64,000 nucleotides of DNA from Raillietiella orientalis. Lineage: Eukaryota. Shown piece after piece: positions 12,662 through 25,400 of this stretch (within the stretch, counting starts at the first letter, position 1; every line of letters begins with the position of its first letter). The translations under genes were made by a program, and so were the position numbers. Below the pieces are notes generated by a model, which worked only from the letters and a program-made list of their open reading frames with translations, was not told the origin of the DNA and made no database searches. The stretch is from assembly GCA_036172245.1 (NCBI GenBank), contig JAYWIR010000001.1:9424001-9488000 (forward strand). The letters run 5' to 3'.

Positions 12662-14059
12662 TCAATTCCTCAAAGGCGCCATGCCTAATTTGGCTCTGAG
12701 GGCATTTGCTTCTTGGATTTCTAAATCTCGAGTTGCCTTGGAGGAGGTTTGCTTGTCTTTTTCCTTGCTCTTTTTTTCTTTTTCTTTTTCTTTTGAGCTG
12801 TCAGCATGCCTGCTGTGTTTTGATAACTCTTTTCCGTCTTTCTCCTTGTCTTCCTCTTTATCTTTTTCACGGTGCTTCTTCCGCAACTTGAGCCTTCTAC
12901 TCTCATGGACACGGCTGTGATGGTGTTTCCTTTCCCTGCTATGACTTCTTTTTCTAACATGGATAGCATGGATTACATGCTGTTGTGTCCCTTTGCTTAC
13001 CTTCGGTTCCTTTCTCTCTCTCGGTCCCTTTCTTTCAGTTTCTCGTTATCATCTCGGAGGGAATGAGAGTTTTGTTGAGATGCATCTGGATATCGAGGAA
13101 TGCGACTAGGCAAGTATTGCATGTGAACATCCTCAGGTTCTTCCTCTTCTTCAGACTCTCCATCATCGAGTCCTTCTTCTAAAACTGACACCCTTGGCTC
13201 TAATTCATTATTGGCCTCCAGAACTTGGCGTCTCTGTCAAACTGGGGGGTTTTCCCGAAAATAATGGCAGTTGGATATTTTACCTGTATCCTAGGAAGAA
13301 TTATATCACAACAGCGTTCTTCTCTTAGTAGCTGATCAATATATACATCCATGTACATTAATTCAAACTCTTAGGAATATTCACAAAATCATATTATTTA
13401 CACATAAGAATTGCTTACTTCCTGATCGATTTTTATTACGAAGTTTTCTGTAATCATTGAGTAAAGGTTCCAAATACTTGTAGCAATCCATGGAAGTTCC
13501 TGTGAGTCGCATGTAAAATGCTCCAAGAGCACGAACATATCTTTCGAGAATATGTTTATGTCAGATCAAAAGCAGGAAACATACTTGAATTCTTCATTTT
13601 TGATAAATTCCACGATGATATCCTTTTCTGGTTGAATCTGCAGCATTTTAAGCAATAAACATACAAATGGTGTTGGCTTTATGTTTCCTCCATAAACACC
13701 TCCAATATAATTGATTTCCATAGCTTTATCAACAAGAAGTTCGGCTGGAAAAAAAAATACACGCAGATGGGTAAGATATCCATATTCACGCACGATTCAA
13801 TCACACACAATCACGGTTCTGATAATCAGAAATGCAGTTTATGATTTGGAGAAATTTTGATCCACATTTTGGAAATCGTTCGACACACTGGAATCCTCAT
13901 CCGTCACAAAACACTCAAAGTGTCCTCACCTGTCAAGGCAAAGCATTCTTCCTTCCAGTACTGACTATCGTATACCCTCGATCTTATTATTTTTTCAATA
14001 AGATACTGAGGATTTGTTCCTCTGATGGAAACTGCATCCTTCACCGTGCGATTGGCCAT
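12662..14059 (-). CDS. PRPF38A: Pre-mRNA splicing factor 38A (6 exons, ~340 aa)
   Basis: Exons 14059-13930, 13744-13585, 13540-13419, 13369-13284, 13233-13001, 12953-12662, all GT-AG and in phase. MANRTVKDAVSIRGTNPQYLIEKIIRSRVYDSQYWKEECFALTAELLVDKAM...GGVYGGNIKPTPFVCLLLKMLQIQPEKDII...YVRALGAFYMRLTG, a charged tail and C-terminal EIQEANALRAKLGMAPLR. Confidence 0.97.
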
Positions 14060-15849
14060 GTTGGCAGCTCACCAAGACATGCGATTTTCCATTCTCAAGT
14101 GCGGATGGACTCACAGACCCTGGTCGCCACCGGGAACGCTCACCTGCACCTCACTGTGTGCACAAATCAATCAACTGACTCAACTTTTCCACGTACACCG
14201 AGAGGACACCGACGGTGTCGCGTTGCTTCAGATCTACCACCACCCGCGCCAGAGCCAGGCGCACGCAGAACGCCAGGAAAGCGGCGGCGAATTCGCAGGG
14301 TGCGCTGGCCACGCCTGCCACATTCGCCCTCTTTTTTTTCTCCCCGCTACTGCTGCAGCCCTGAACCTTCTGCTGCCCTGATGAATCTCTTGAAGCAACC
14401 AGATCCAAATGTGTTTTTGTCCCATGCTGAAAAGCATTGAGGGCCTGCGATGCTGATCCAAGCACCTGGTGGCTCACGGAACATGGCGTAAAAGAATCGA
14501 AGGTTTTCAGCACCTCCTTCAACTCAGTAGTTTCCTTCCCCCATCCCCACCCTCCCCTTCTTTCAGCGACAGTTTACTGCTGCGTGCGTTATTACGCATT
14601 CGAAACCCCAGTAACACGCTTTATTAGAAAACCTATCGGGTCAACCTCCTGTAACATACCAAAGTATTCCAGTGAGATTGCTCGTTATCACCTAGTCCAA
14701 TGAGCACAGGCATTTTTTCCCCCTACAATTGAGCATCGAACAGAAAATACCCAGCATTTAACCATATTTTACTATCCGAAATCCGCTTACATACTAGGAA
14801 TAAATGCGATTGCAATATCTAAGTTACAGGTTTTATCTTTACAACTCGTGAAATGATCGGCTGCAAATAAATTCTGTTCTCGGAAGCATGCTAAGGTTCT
14901 TATCAAAAGTCTTTTTTTTTTTCTAAATGGTTCATTGTGTCAGTTACTGGTCCTCACTCTGGAATATTGAAATTTTACCTTCCTAGTCTGGTAGTCAATG
15001 GGAGCCACGGTGAATTGCAATAAGCTCAACCACAATGAGCTCCAGGAAAGCAGGATTTCGAAATAAAGGGAATAAAGACTGCATCAGGGCATCCACATTG
15101 ACTAGAATTCTAAATGCTGGAATAGAAAATCATAAACGAAATAATAAAGGTTAAATTCTAAAATTAAGTACATAAAAAGAATGGATTATAGAAGAAAATA
15201 TCGAGAAACGAACCAATATTTACGTGAAATTTAGGCAATGGTCAACTCTTATAGTTTTTAACGATCAACTCCTGTAATTTCAAATTCTCTTTCAAGAAAT
15301 TCTATCTCCTTTTCAAGACAACGGGCAAACATGAACAGACAAAACAAAAAGAACACAAAAAGAGCAAGAAAATAAGAAAATATTTCCAAAGAACTTTAAA
15401 AAGAATTATTCTGAAAGATATTCCAAAGTAAATGGAAATACAAAAGGTGGAAGTCTGACACCTAACTTTACCACTTTTTCATTCGTACCATTCATCTGAG
15501 TCTTCATCAAAGCACTATCAACGCATCTTGCAAACAGAAAAACTCTGTGTATGGCACGTGGTAAAAATGAATAGAGGCTCACAAAAGTGAATATGATTTT
15601 GAATAAATAATTTAGCAAAACGTTCTCATGTTTCGTCAGTTGAAGAAAATACTTTTAAAAGTGTCTATGAGGATTCGAAAGAGTAATATTTGTGTAAAGA
15701 AAGCAGAGGTTCTAAGAAACCAGAAGAAAAAAAGTCCACTGAGAAAGAATGTTGCGAGTACTCCAGTTCATCACGTATTCGGAGTTGATGACACAAAGAT
15801 CTCTTCTTTATGACCTGGAAGTTGAAGTCCGATTGATAGACGAACTTCT

Positions 15850-16927
15850 GAAGTGCTACCTGCATTTCTTCACTTAAATTACCACATATTCACAATTAAC
15901 TCTCACAGATCAAGCACATTCAGCGTATCCGCCACATTAATTTCGGCTGCTGGCGAAACGCAGGAACATTTTCCTGAAGCAGGGACACCACAAGCCTGCA
16001 CATCGGGAGGGATAGCATTGTGGGTCCTTCCAGCTTTTTGCAGAGGGCAATCAAGTGACAACGATGAGGTGCCGAGAGAGAGAATGCCTCTGCTCTGCAG
16101 ATACACGGCGGTTCTTTCTTGCAGATGCACAAGTTCTTGCACATACACAGTCGACCAAGGACCGCTCCACAAACTAGGCGCACAGAATATTCGTGCTGAC
16201 TGGAGGAGACCCTTCGGATGCTGATGGCGCTGAATGCATAGGCACGTGTTGCCTGAAAGTGCCCAGAGGTCCTGATGCTGCTCAGCAAAACCCTTCCTAC
16301 TCGGTAGGCAACCGAACGTTTGCAGGGCAAAAGACGTGAAGAAAATGCGTCTCTTGCGATAGGAAACGAAGTGTGGTGGACTTGCGTGAAACGCAGTACA
16401 CCGAAGGAACCGATGCATAGCCTTTGCTGCAGTGGTTCGACCAACAGTTGAATGGGAATCAGCCGACCATCAGAGAATTGGTGATGTGGAGTTTATTTCA
16501 AGTTTTGCAGCCCCACCCATCACACCGATGGCTCTTGGCACCCACCTGCAATCTTCTCATCTTCCTGAACTGCAGTTGTAGTGAAACGTAAAAAGAAGAA
16601 GTTCAGCGGAGGAACACGTAGGCAGTACCTTCCCATGGTCACTGTGCTTTCTCCTGCTCTGCCTTGCGGCCAGTTCGTCCTTCTTGGCTTCCTTCTTCCA
16701 CTCTACACTTTGATCTTAGCCAAAAGGCCTGGTCTAACAGTATCCCTGGATGCTAGTTGTCCCCCCATCCCGCGTTGAACGCGTGAAACTGGACCTCTTC
16801 AAACATCCTGCAGGGTGAAGAGGCAGAATCCACATGCTTATCCTCCATTTCCTTCCCAGCTGTAGATGATAGAGATCCCTGTGTGGCTTCTTTTTCTTTT
16901 GATCCTTCTTGGATGACGAGCTCCTCA
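15850..16927 (-). mobile_element. Degenerate non-LTR reverse transcriptase fragment
   Basis: LWSGPWSTVYVQELVHLQERTAVYLQSRGILS resembles the WRPI.L.ST.YK....L..RL......LS start of RT; LQKAGRTHNAIP resembles D..KA(F/Y).S(I/V)P. Highly decayed. Confidence 0.45.
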
Positions 16928-16949
16928 CTGTTTCACTGCTCTCCTTCCA

Positions 16950-17520
16950 GCTTTTTTCTTTTGTTTCGTTTTTTTTTTCGTTTGCCACGCAGTCAAAGAA
17001 CCGTTGGCCTTGCAGCTCACGAAGCTCTTCAGCACCGCCCACGCCACCCGAGGTTGCTTCTTAGCTCTTCAAGTGAGAAGTTGACCCCGGAGGGGGCACC
17101 CCATGAATCCAAAAAGCCTCTTAAGACAATAGTCCATCTCTATCACTCTTGGAAGGCACCTCTCCTTTTGGTTTTCTCCGAAGGAATCTCTCATCCATCT
17201 CAAGTACGTTCTTTTCTTTTCCGTAGGGACCCCTCGGAAAGGATCCCCTCCTGGAATTTCTTAAACGGAGGTCACCCGCAAGGGAACCGCTCCTTGATTG
17301 CCAGCCAGTCAGCGAGGGCATCCGCTTTCTGGCTGCTCCCACCGGTAGCGCACCCGAAAGGTCCAGCCAACGTCATCTTGCAGGCGAAACTCGAAACTGA
17401 CGACGCACCCCCCGCTCTCGGCGTCAATGTTTACCCGAGCGGGATTCGAACTCGCGACTCTTGCTAGTGCCACGAGCGGTGGACGCAGCCTCTCGGACGC
17501 GAACGAGGGCCACGCGGTGC
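16950..17520 (-). mobile_element. tRNA-head SINE copy (inside left arm)
   Basis: B-box-like GAGTTCGAATCCC on the minus strand (~17441-17453), A-rich tail at ~16951-16980, body similar to copies at 20030-20855 and 44350-45000. Confidence 0.65.
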
Positions 17521-17590
17521 AAATTTCAGAGGAAGCACTTTATTGCGAGAGGTTTTCCGGGAGGCTGCAAAACTTCTCCCACAGAGGTTC

Positions 17591-19385
17591 TCAGGTAGAG
17601 AAAGTCAGGGTCTTCTCTTTGTCGTTCGAGAGGTCAACTTTCACTTTGACCTGCCTCATCAGGTCAACTCCAAAGCCCCAGTTCGACTGTATCTCCTTTC
17701 TGAGTCCATGGGTGAAGAGCAGATAGCACCTGTCGCTTCCCGGGAAAGCCTGGAATGCCTCGGACGTAGGTCCTCCCTGCGCGTCGATTCGGGAACCGCT
17801 TCAAGAAGTGAAGAGAAGGAGGAAGTTCCCTCGGTCAGCCCTCAAAGAACGGAAGTTGCGGTCAGAGGGAAAGAGAGAGAGAGGCAACCGCTCCAGCGAG
17901 TACGAAATGTACCTGGAACGTGTAGCTGTAGACGTCGAAAAAGGCCTCCACGCCGCCGCCAACTTTGTACGTCACCTTCTTGTGTTTTTTCGGATCCCGG
18001 GATTGGCAGGACATCTGAGGGAAGCGGGCGTTAGTCTCCACGATCGTGAGAGAGGGTCGCCTACCGCGTAGACGCGGTTGAGTGGTGGCACGGGTTTCGC
18101 GGGGATGTGCTGCAGCAGCCAATCCAGGAACCTCTTGGGAACTTCCAGGAACGGCAGTCCGGCGTCGATGAAGGCTGCCTTTTGTTCACCCATCTCGAAT
18201 TCCGCGTCCCCGTAAGAAATTCTGAAAATGCAATCGCAAGGACCTCGAGGGACGTCCACCGCCTCTTTCAGCTTTCATCTGGAAGCGGAAGCGCTCCGTT
18301 TCGCAGTTCGACGAACTTCTTGCGTTAGACGAGATGCGCGCAAGGAAGAAAAAGAAATCCGCTGAGTTTCTCGCATACGGCGACTCGGGGATTCGGCAAC
18401 TGGCAGGGCACCGCGATGTTCCCCAACATGACGCTCGCATCAGGTCGGGTGGATGGCGACTGTTTCTTACCCTCCCAATTCGAACTCGAGGAGGTGCGGG
18501 TGACTCTTGCCCTCTCTGCTCAGCATCGGCTTCACCACGGTTTTCTCGCGTAACTTCAACGTGATCCTGTCGTTGGAGTCGCCGAACGTGATCTTCTCCT
18601 CGCCTCTGATTCGAAGAGAATGCTGCAGGTCTTCGGTTCCTGCCTCCCATCCCTTACCTTCTGAGGTCGAATACGAACTGGCTGCGGGCGTTCGCGCTTT
18701 CGAAGCGGTACGCGTCCATTCCCAGTAGTCCGTCACCTGCCAAGTACTCGTGGAGGTACGAAGAGTTGGTTTCCAACGTAAACAGCTCCACCTTCTCGTC
18801 CACCGTGAAGGAAACGGATTTGTCCAAGTTCTTCACCTGTGGAAGAATGCGCTCTCCAACTCGCGTCCCTCCTTCCCGTCCTCTTTACGCTGTAAGTGTC
18901 TTCGCCTTCCCTTATGCTGACCGACTTTCCAAAGTATACGGCGTTGCTCTGCTTCCCGTTGGAGTGCCAGGACGAAGAGTCCTCGGGCTTGAACTTCTGG
19001 TGGTCCTCTGCAGGGTCGCGCTTAGCCGACGACGAGCGCCGACCCTGCAGTCCACTTACTGCACCATTTGCTCTTGCATCGTTGATCAGGGATCCACAAA
19101 GAAGACACTGTGGTGTCCAGGATGACCTGGAAGTGCTGGCCCGGGGTCCCGACGCTGGCGAAGCAATAGAACTGGCCCTGGGGGAGCAGAGAGTAGCCAA
19201 AGAGCGCCCCCGGGATGGTGGGCATCTTACGCGTTGCCGGTCGTATCCTAGGCGAAGGACGTGCTGCGAGCTGGAAGTCTTGACCCGGGCGATCCTGAAG
19301 GAGAAACGAACCTGCAGCCGAGAGCTGAAACTCAAGGGAGGTCTTACCCGGAGAAGACCAGGAAGAATAGAAGCGCTCCGAACAT
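17591..19385 (-). CDS. Secreted pepsin-family (A1) aspartic protease homologue, divergent; open copy (9 exons, ~356 aa)
   Basis: Mirror image of 28171-29966 but with 6 A in exon 8, so the frame stays open. Spliced protein: signal peptide MFGALLFFLVFSG, QFYCFASVGTPGQHFQVILDTTVSSLWIPDQRCKSKWCKDHQKFKPEDSSSW, DGLLGM, KITFG, AAFIDAGLPFLEVP, YAMSC, RCYLLF..NWGFGVDLMRQVKVKVDLSND..LTFST. All 8 introns GT-AG and in phase. Confidence 0.88.
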
Positions 19386-19445
19386 CTTGAGGAGATCCCA
19401 GCGCGTTGGCTCTACAGCAGTAGTTGCTTCGGGTGTGGCTCGTTC

Positions 19446-19452
19446 TTTTATA
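19446..19452 (-). promoter_or_regulatory. TATA box of the left aspartic protease copy
   Basis: TATAAAA on the minus strand ~60 nt upstream of the ATG at 19385. Confidence 0.7.
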
Positions 19453-20029
19453 TAACGGCGGCACCAGAAGCGGCGCTTGGGGAAGGTTCGCCTTTGAAGG
19501 GTTCAATGCGGTCACACGGCAAGGTCGGCAGGCGTGTTCGCTGCACCTGTGCTGCTGCTGCTACCGCTCGCTTTGAGGTATCACGACGTTCGCTCCGTTC
19601 CGGGGTGCTCCCCTCCGAGGCGCGCGCGCGAGTCTGGAAGAATCTCACCGGCCTCCCGCGCCTGTGCAACGTTGCATCCGACCGGGAAACGACCGTCCGC
19701 TTCCTCGTCGCAGAGCTCTTTACCAAAGTCGCCGCTGCGCGCGGACGGCTGCCGCCCGGGTGCCCCGAAAATGCCTGCCTCCCGATGCTTCGACAGATGC
19801 CTGTCGGCGCTGCCCCTGAAGTGTCGCGTTCCACGCTCGCGCGCTCTCCGTGTCCAGGACCCAAGGTAGCAAAGTGGGGAACAGGTGCCATTTCCCTCCA
19901 CTCGGAATGCAGATGGCGTGTGTGGCCACGGGCAGGACGATTCCCAAGAGAAAAGTTTTGCCCTGTATCAGCCGAAGGACCCGTCTGGATGCTGGAGGTT
20001 GCGTCTTTGCGAGGCAGCCTTCGTGCCAC

Positions 20030-20855
20030 GCGCTGGCGGCCGTGCGGCTGCGGCCTCCGCGCCGCGTTGCCCCACCTAGCGTCGCGGCTTGGAATCTCGG
20101 CCGTGAAGGGGGATCTACCCTCCTGACAAATGGACGCGTCGTGAGTTTCGAGTTTTCCTTCGTAAGATGACGCAGTAAGCAGCGTCATCTTGGGGAGCTT
20201 CCTTGTAGAGATGCATCCTTCAACCTCCAGACGGTTCCCCCGCCTGAAACGGGACAAAATTTCCGTCTTGGGAATTCTTGCGCATACTCGAGTGTGGCAC
20301 TTCTGGAAGCCGTAAGCCCACGTTGAGTAACCGGGATTGGATGTCGACCCTCCGGGGTCCTTCCAGCAATCAAGGAGTCTTTCAGGGTTCCCTTCCGTTG
20401 GTGAGGATAGAGCTGGTTTATATCCACCTCGGGGAATTGCCCCACCACAGCGCAAGAAGTGCGCTGCTTCCTTCCGGCAGGGAATTCTACAGAAATCTGG
20501 AAGAGTCCCTCGAGCTTTCTCCTCAATGGAAGATAGGAGGAGCGGTTGCATTGTGGATTCTTCCCGGGTAAGAAACGAGGTGTCCACGTCTTCGGGGAAG
20601 CATCTCCCGAGACGACCAGGATGAGTGTTTTCTTCGGGGTTCTCTCCCAGTAGAAAGAGAGGAGTGGACTCCTTCCTCCGGTACCTTTCCTGGATTCATT
20701 GGGTTGTCCCCACGAGATTGCCCTTAAACTGGAAGGGTTACGCACACTCCCTCAAGGAATGTGAGCGGCGCGGATGAGCTTCGTAGGTCCACCGTAGCAT
20801 GGCGGGAGGTTCTTCAGTCCTCATTGAAAACCAAAAAGAAAAAAAAAAGAAAACA
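20030..20855 (+). mobile_element. tRNA-head SINE copy spanning the inner end of the left arm
   Basis: Decayed B box (GTCGCGGCTTGGAATCTC ~20081-20098), body sharing GACCCTCCGGGGTCCTTCCAGCA with the reverse complement of ~44785-44808, A-rich tail ~20827-20855. Confidence 0.65.
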
Positions 20856-22466
20856 GGAAAGCGACCGAGGTCGCTCCGGGAGGGCAGGTTCTTCCGGAAT
20901 TTGTCCACTGTTGAGGCCAGCGCTTGTTTTCCTCTATCAGCGGACGAACCGCGGACACCCGGTGTGCAGTGCAGTGTCCGCCGGCGCCCGGGATCTGGCG
21001 CCAATGGGCAGCGCAATACGGAATCCCGCATCTGCCGACGGTCCTCCAAAGCGCCCATGTGTTCGATCCTCCGGATCTGCATCCACACCGTTGCCGCGTG
21101 AGCGGAGCAGGTACCGGAAGACGACCAGGTGAAGAACGGAGTTCCCTCCTTAACCCCACCTCTCGATTCCCTCGCTTCCTGAATGATCCATCTTCAAAGA
21201 GGGCGCACGCGCACACAGAGTGACCCGGAGTCATCCCTTTCCCATCTTTCACGCTTCCCTCCTAGCGGACCGGCCATGTAATGCGGAGCTCCGTCCGCGT
21301 GGAGGCCGCTGGATAACCTCCCTCGGCATTCCCACGGGAGATGGGGGGTCTTCTGAGCCCCGCGACCCGGAAGGCGCTGGGACCTCTTGGGACTGCCTTC
21401 CGCTAGCTTGGCAGCACACGGCGCCGCGGGTTCAAGAATGCCCTCGGGCTGCTCGCGCACTCCCCACCCGCAGTGACGTGGATTCCCGGAAGCGCTCCTG
21501 CGTGATTCGCAGCTACGAGCCTTCGCAATCAGCGGGCGTTCGCACAGCTGCGTGCGGTCGAGTGGGGCCCTTCCTGATTTCGGGAGAGCGTCACCTGGGG
21601 AGAAGCCGGTGCCTCAAGGGCTCCCGTGACCTACATTCCTCGCAACACTGGTTTCCGGTGCCCCTGTTACTGGGTGTCTTGCCTGCCCTTGGACATTCGC
21701 TCTGGAAAAGCGAGCGTCCCGTTCGAAACCCCGAGGCAAAGGCTGCGACCACCGACAGGACGAGGCGAGCCGGTCACGTAGTGCTCCAGGCTTGCCATCG
21801 ACGCATGTGCCGTCTTCCGTGCAAACGCCCGCCGGTGCTCCTGTCTCTCTCGGTACGCAGAGTCCCGGCGTGCGCGCTCTCCCGTCCTGCGATCACCTGT
21901 TTTGCCGCGCAGTAGACGAACGGATGCCTCTCCTCTCCTCTTCTCGACCCCCTCCCCCATCCGAGGAAGCCGCATCGGCAAGGGACGCTTCACGCTGAGG
22001 TCGTCGCGCTGAAAACATAATTGCTCCCTCCTCCGTTCTTGCCCCAGCAACCGGCTCGCTGCTGCTCCGCGTGTCTTGCTTCCTCTTTCGTGGTCGAGCT
22101 CCTGGCTCGTTGCGCCCTGGCCGCCTGCCGGACTCCTCTCCGGGAGGCAGCCCTGTCGGTTCATCCCTGCTGCAGTCTCTGCCGGTCAAAAACCGCCATG
22201 CCCAACCCATGAGGTCACTTGCACCTGCCACCCCGGCACAGTCGCTCTTTGTCACCGCTGGTGTCTGGTCCATTTGCTGGGAAACCACGACGTGGCTCAT
22301 CGAATTGGATCCAGAGAATGCAGCTGCGGGAGACGGAAGCTGCTAAAATGAAGAAAGATCACAAGTCCGGGGTCACATATATTCAGTAGCTCGAACACCA
22401 AAACCCCGAAAAATCATAAAGATAAATATATATGTTTATTATATACATTCATATGATTAATATGAG

Positions 22467-25400
22467 ATGCAGGAAAACATCGTCAACCTGCGCTCCGTGA
22501 TTGAGAACGCGACGAGTGAAGACCAAAAAAAACAGGCAATCCAGCAGTCCAAGGACCTGCTGCAACGCCTGCGACAGGAGGTCACTACACACGAAGTGGC
22601 AATGCACCTCGAAGAACAGGTCTACGTCATCCTCACCCCCTTAGTCCCGCCAGACGAGGACCGGAAACAGGGGGAAGGAAAGGAGACGCCGGCGGAAACG
22701 CCAAACAAGACGAAGCGATGGAAGGGCAGGAAGTGGAGGGGAGCGCTACCAGCTGTCTCCTCGGGAGAGGATACTCCCGCCGAGGAGGAAGCCGCCATTT
22801 ATGAAATGCTCAACCAAACCCTGCGGTACAGGCGCTCCCAAACCAGGGCGCAAATGGCCCCCCAAAAGCGCAAGATTAAGTAAATTAGCCTAGCCGTTCC
22901 CTTTATGACGCAACACCTGACATCTTTGAATAAAGTCGGGCTCGCATCTTGGAACATTAATGGATGCACGAACCCGACGAGAAGGAAACACATGAAGTGG
23001 CTCCTGCGACAGGAAGCCATCTGCTGCCTGCAGGAAACTCACTTCATGACGCCCGAAGCATGCCAAGATCTTGAGGGAACTCCAATTCGACGTCCACATC
23101 AACCAGGGCTCGACTAACCGAAAAGGCGTGGTCATCCTCGTCAAGCAGACCCTCGCGCCTACCGTCTTGGAAGTTTTCCACGGATGGGAAGGCCGCGTCT
23201 CGGGCCTGAGGATGGCGTGGTCCGGAAGCGTTCACCTGTCCGTAATGAACGTGTACGGACCAATGTTTAACAAGAAAGCCTTTGCGACAGCGCTCGCAGA
23301 GTTAATCAAGAACAAGATCACCTCGAAAGACGTCATGATTGAATGCAGGCGACTTCAATGTCCGTCTGGACGGCTGTCGGCACGACGAGTCGGGTGCGTA
23401 CGGCGTCTACCGATGCATGATGGAGGAACTCTCCCTCCTTTGCACGGGAGCGAACGCGAAGCGCATCGACTACGTCCTGCACTCGGCAACTCTGGCGAAT
23501 AGGATGCAGGGGATCCGGGAACTCAACACCGGAATCTCGGACCATGCTCTGCTGAAATGGAGACTAGCATCCAGGAATCCCAGGAAAGAAAACGCTCCAC
23601 CCTGGGCGGCACTCATCTGCATGCCCGAGTGATACGAGCGTTTTCCACCGTACCAGCGCGTCGTGGAAACCATTCTAGCCACGACCAACATCTTGCGCGT
23701 GGACGACTGGGATATCCTGAAACACACCATGAACCTGTTCTCAAATATGCAGTACGGCGACCGGAACCTCTGCGAGGAAGCGTGCAGGGAAATGTACCAA
23801 CTGATCCCTCCCACTCTGAGTACTGGGAACAGTACCAGAGCCTCTTCCTCGAAAAAAGTGTCAAAAAGGATATCGCACGGCTGGAGAAGCGCAACCTGGC
23901 AACGGACATATTTCATGTCCGTTACCAGGATAAGGACTATAGAAATTCAGAGCAAGTGCTGCAAGCATTCCAACACCACAACTCCGAACTAATCAAGAAA
24001 GAGATTTTGGACCCGGGAGGTCAGGAACGGATTCTCCGTTGCGTGAAGAAACGCCTGGCCTCCCAAGAACTCGACGACCTGGAAAAGCAATTCACTGTCG
24101 AGGAGATCAAAGCGGCGTTCGACGAATTGCACAAGGATGTGGCTGCGGGCCCTGATAGCGTTCCCATCACGCACTATCAGAGGCACCTAACCCACTACCC
24201 GCGCCTACTCCGTCAGCTGCAGGAATGCATCGACCTGGAACAACGACTGCCCGTCTCCTTTCACCGAAGCAGGACGAGGCTGCTCCCCAAGAGCGGCGGG
24301 GACCTCTGCAACGTCACCCAATGGAGGCCCATATCCGTCCTGAATTCGGACGTGAAATGGATGGCGAAAATCTGAGCAAACAGGCTGCGCCAATGTATGA
24401 AGTCGGTGGTTTCCCCACACAAGCGTGTGCCGTACCAGGCATGTGGGATAGCCTGAAGTGCGCCCAAACCCTCCTGGGATACAGTTGTATCCTGGGCAAG
24501 GACTTGTGCTGAGCTTCACTGACATCGAGAAGACCTTCGACTCGGTAGACCTTCACGCCATGCTGCTGAAAGTCCTCGGAAAGGTAGACTTCCAGGGAAG
24601 ATTCGTGCAGCACGTGGCACATACCTTGGAAGAAGCCAATTTCTCGATCATCGTAAATGGGCTATCGTCGAGCAACATCAAGATGGAAAGAGGAGTCCGA
24701 CAGGGAGATGCCCTGAGCCCGATGCTCTTCGTACTATATATAGAGTCTATGAGTGCCTTTGTTAAACACGAGAGTCAGCTAAAGGGTATCGACCTGGGCG
24801 AAGAAGAACCCAAGATCACTCACCTGGCCTATGCTGACGACCTCCTGTTCGTCATGACTGATGAGCGGGACCAGGAGGCATTCCTGGACGTCGTGCGGGC
24901 CATGAAGTGCGGCCTCGGACTTGGAGTCAACCCCAACAAGTCCCATCTGCTCGCCGTGGGAATCCTGGACGTTACCATCCTCCACGCTCCACGCCCATGC
25001 TTCCAGATTGAGGACAACATCAAATACCTGGGGGTACGCATCGGCGATGAAACACCTGCCCTGTCGCAGCAATGGTCGACCATCTTGACCAAGCTGCGCG
25101 AAGAAGCCAGCCAATACACCAGAAGATCCTTCTCGCAGAAGGACAAGGCAAACCTCTGGAACGGGGTGATGGCGCCGAAGTTCCTCTTCACAGAGTCTTT
25201 TCTATCGTTTTCCCCGACGACGGCAAAGGACCTGGCCGCCATCCAGAGGAACCTTGTCTGGAGCGGGAAACGACCGAAGACAAAGTTGCAGTACCTGTGC
25301 CGCCCGCGGATGGAAGGAGGAATCAGCATGCGCAATGTCGCCACTGCCGTGAAACTCCAGGACCTCAAACACTTGGTCCGAATGGTCAGCGCATGGGACG

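Larger units (their letters stand above)
16928..20377. repeat. Left arm of a 3,450-bp near-perfect inverted repeat (partner 27179-30628)
   Basis: Reverse-complement match, with paired positions summing to 47556 (47557 between two single-base indels). Mirrored ORFs have identical translations (e.g. 19494-20126+ and 27430-28062-). About six differences seen by eye, all in the outer ~1.2 kb. Confidence 0.98.

Noticed and set aside
13832-14522. ORFs overlapping or just upstream of PRP38A exon 1
   Set aside because: Antisense or promoter-region frames with no recognisable domain and no convincing splice structure.
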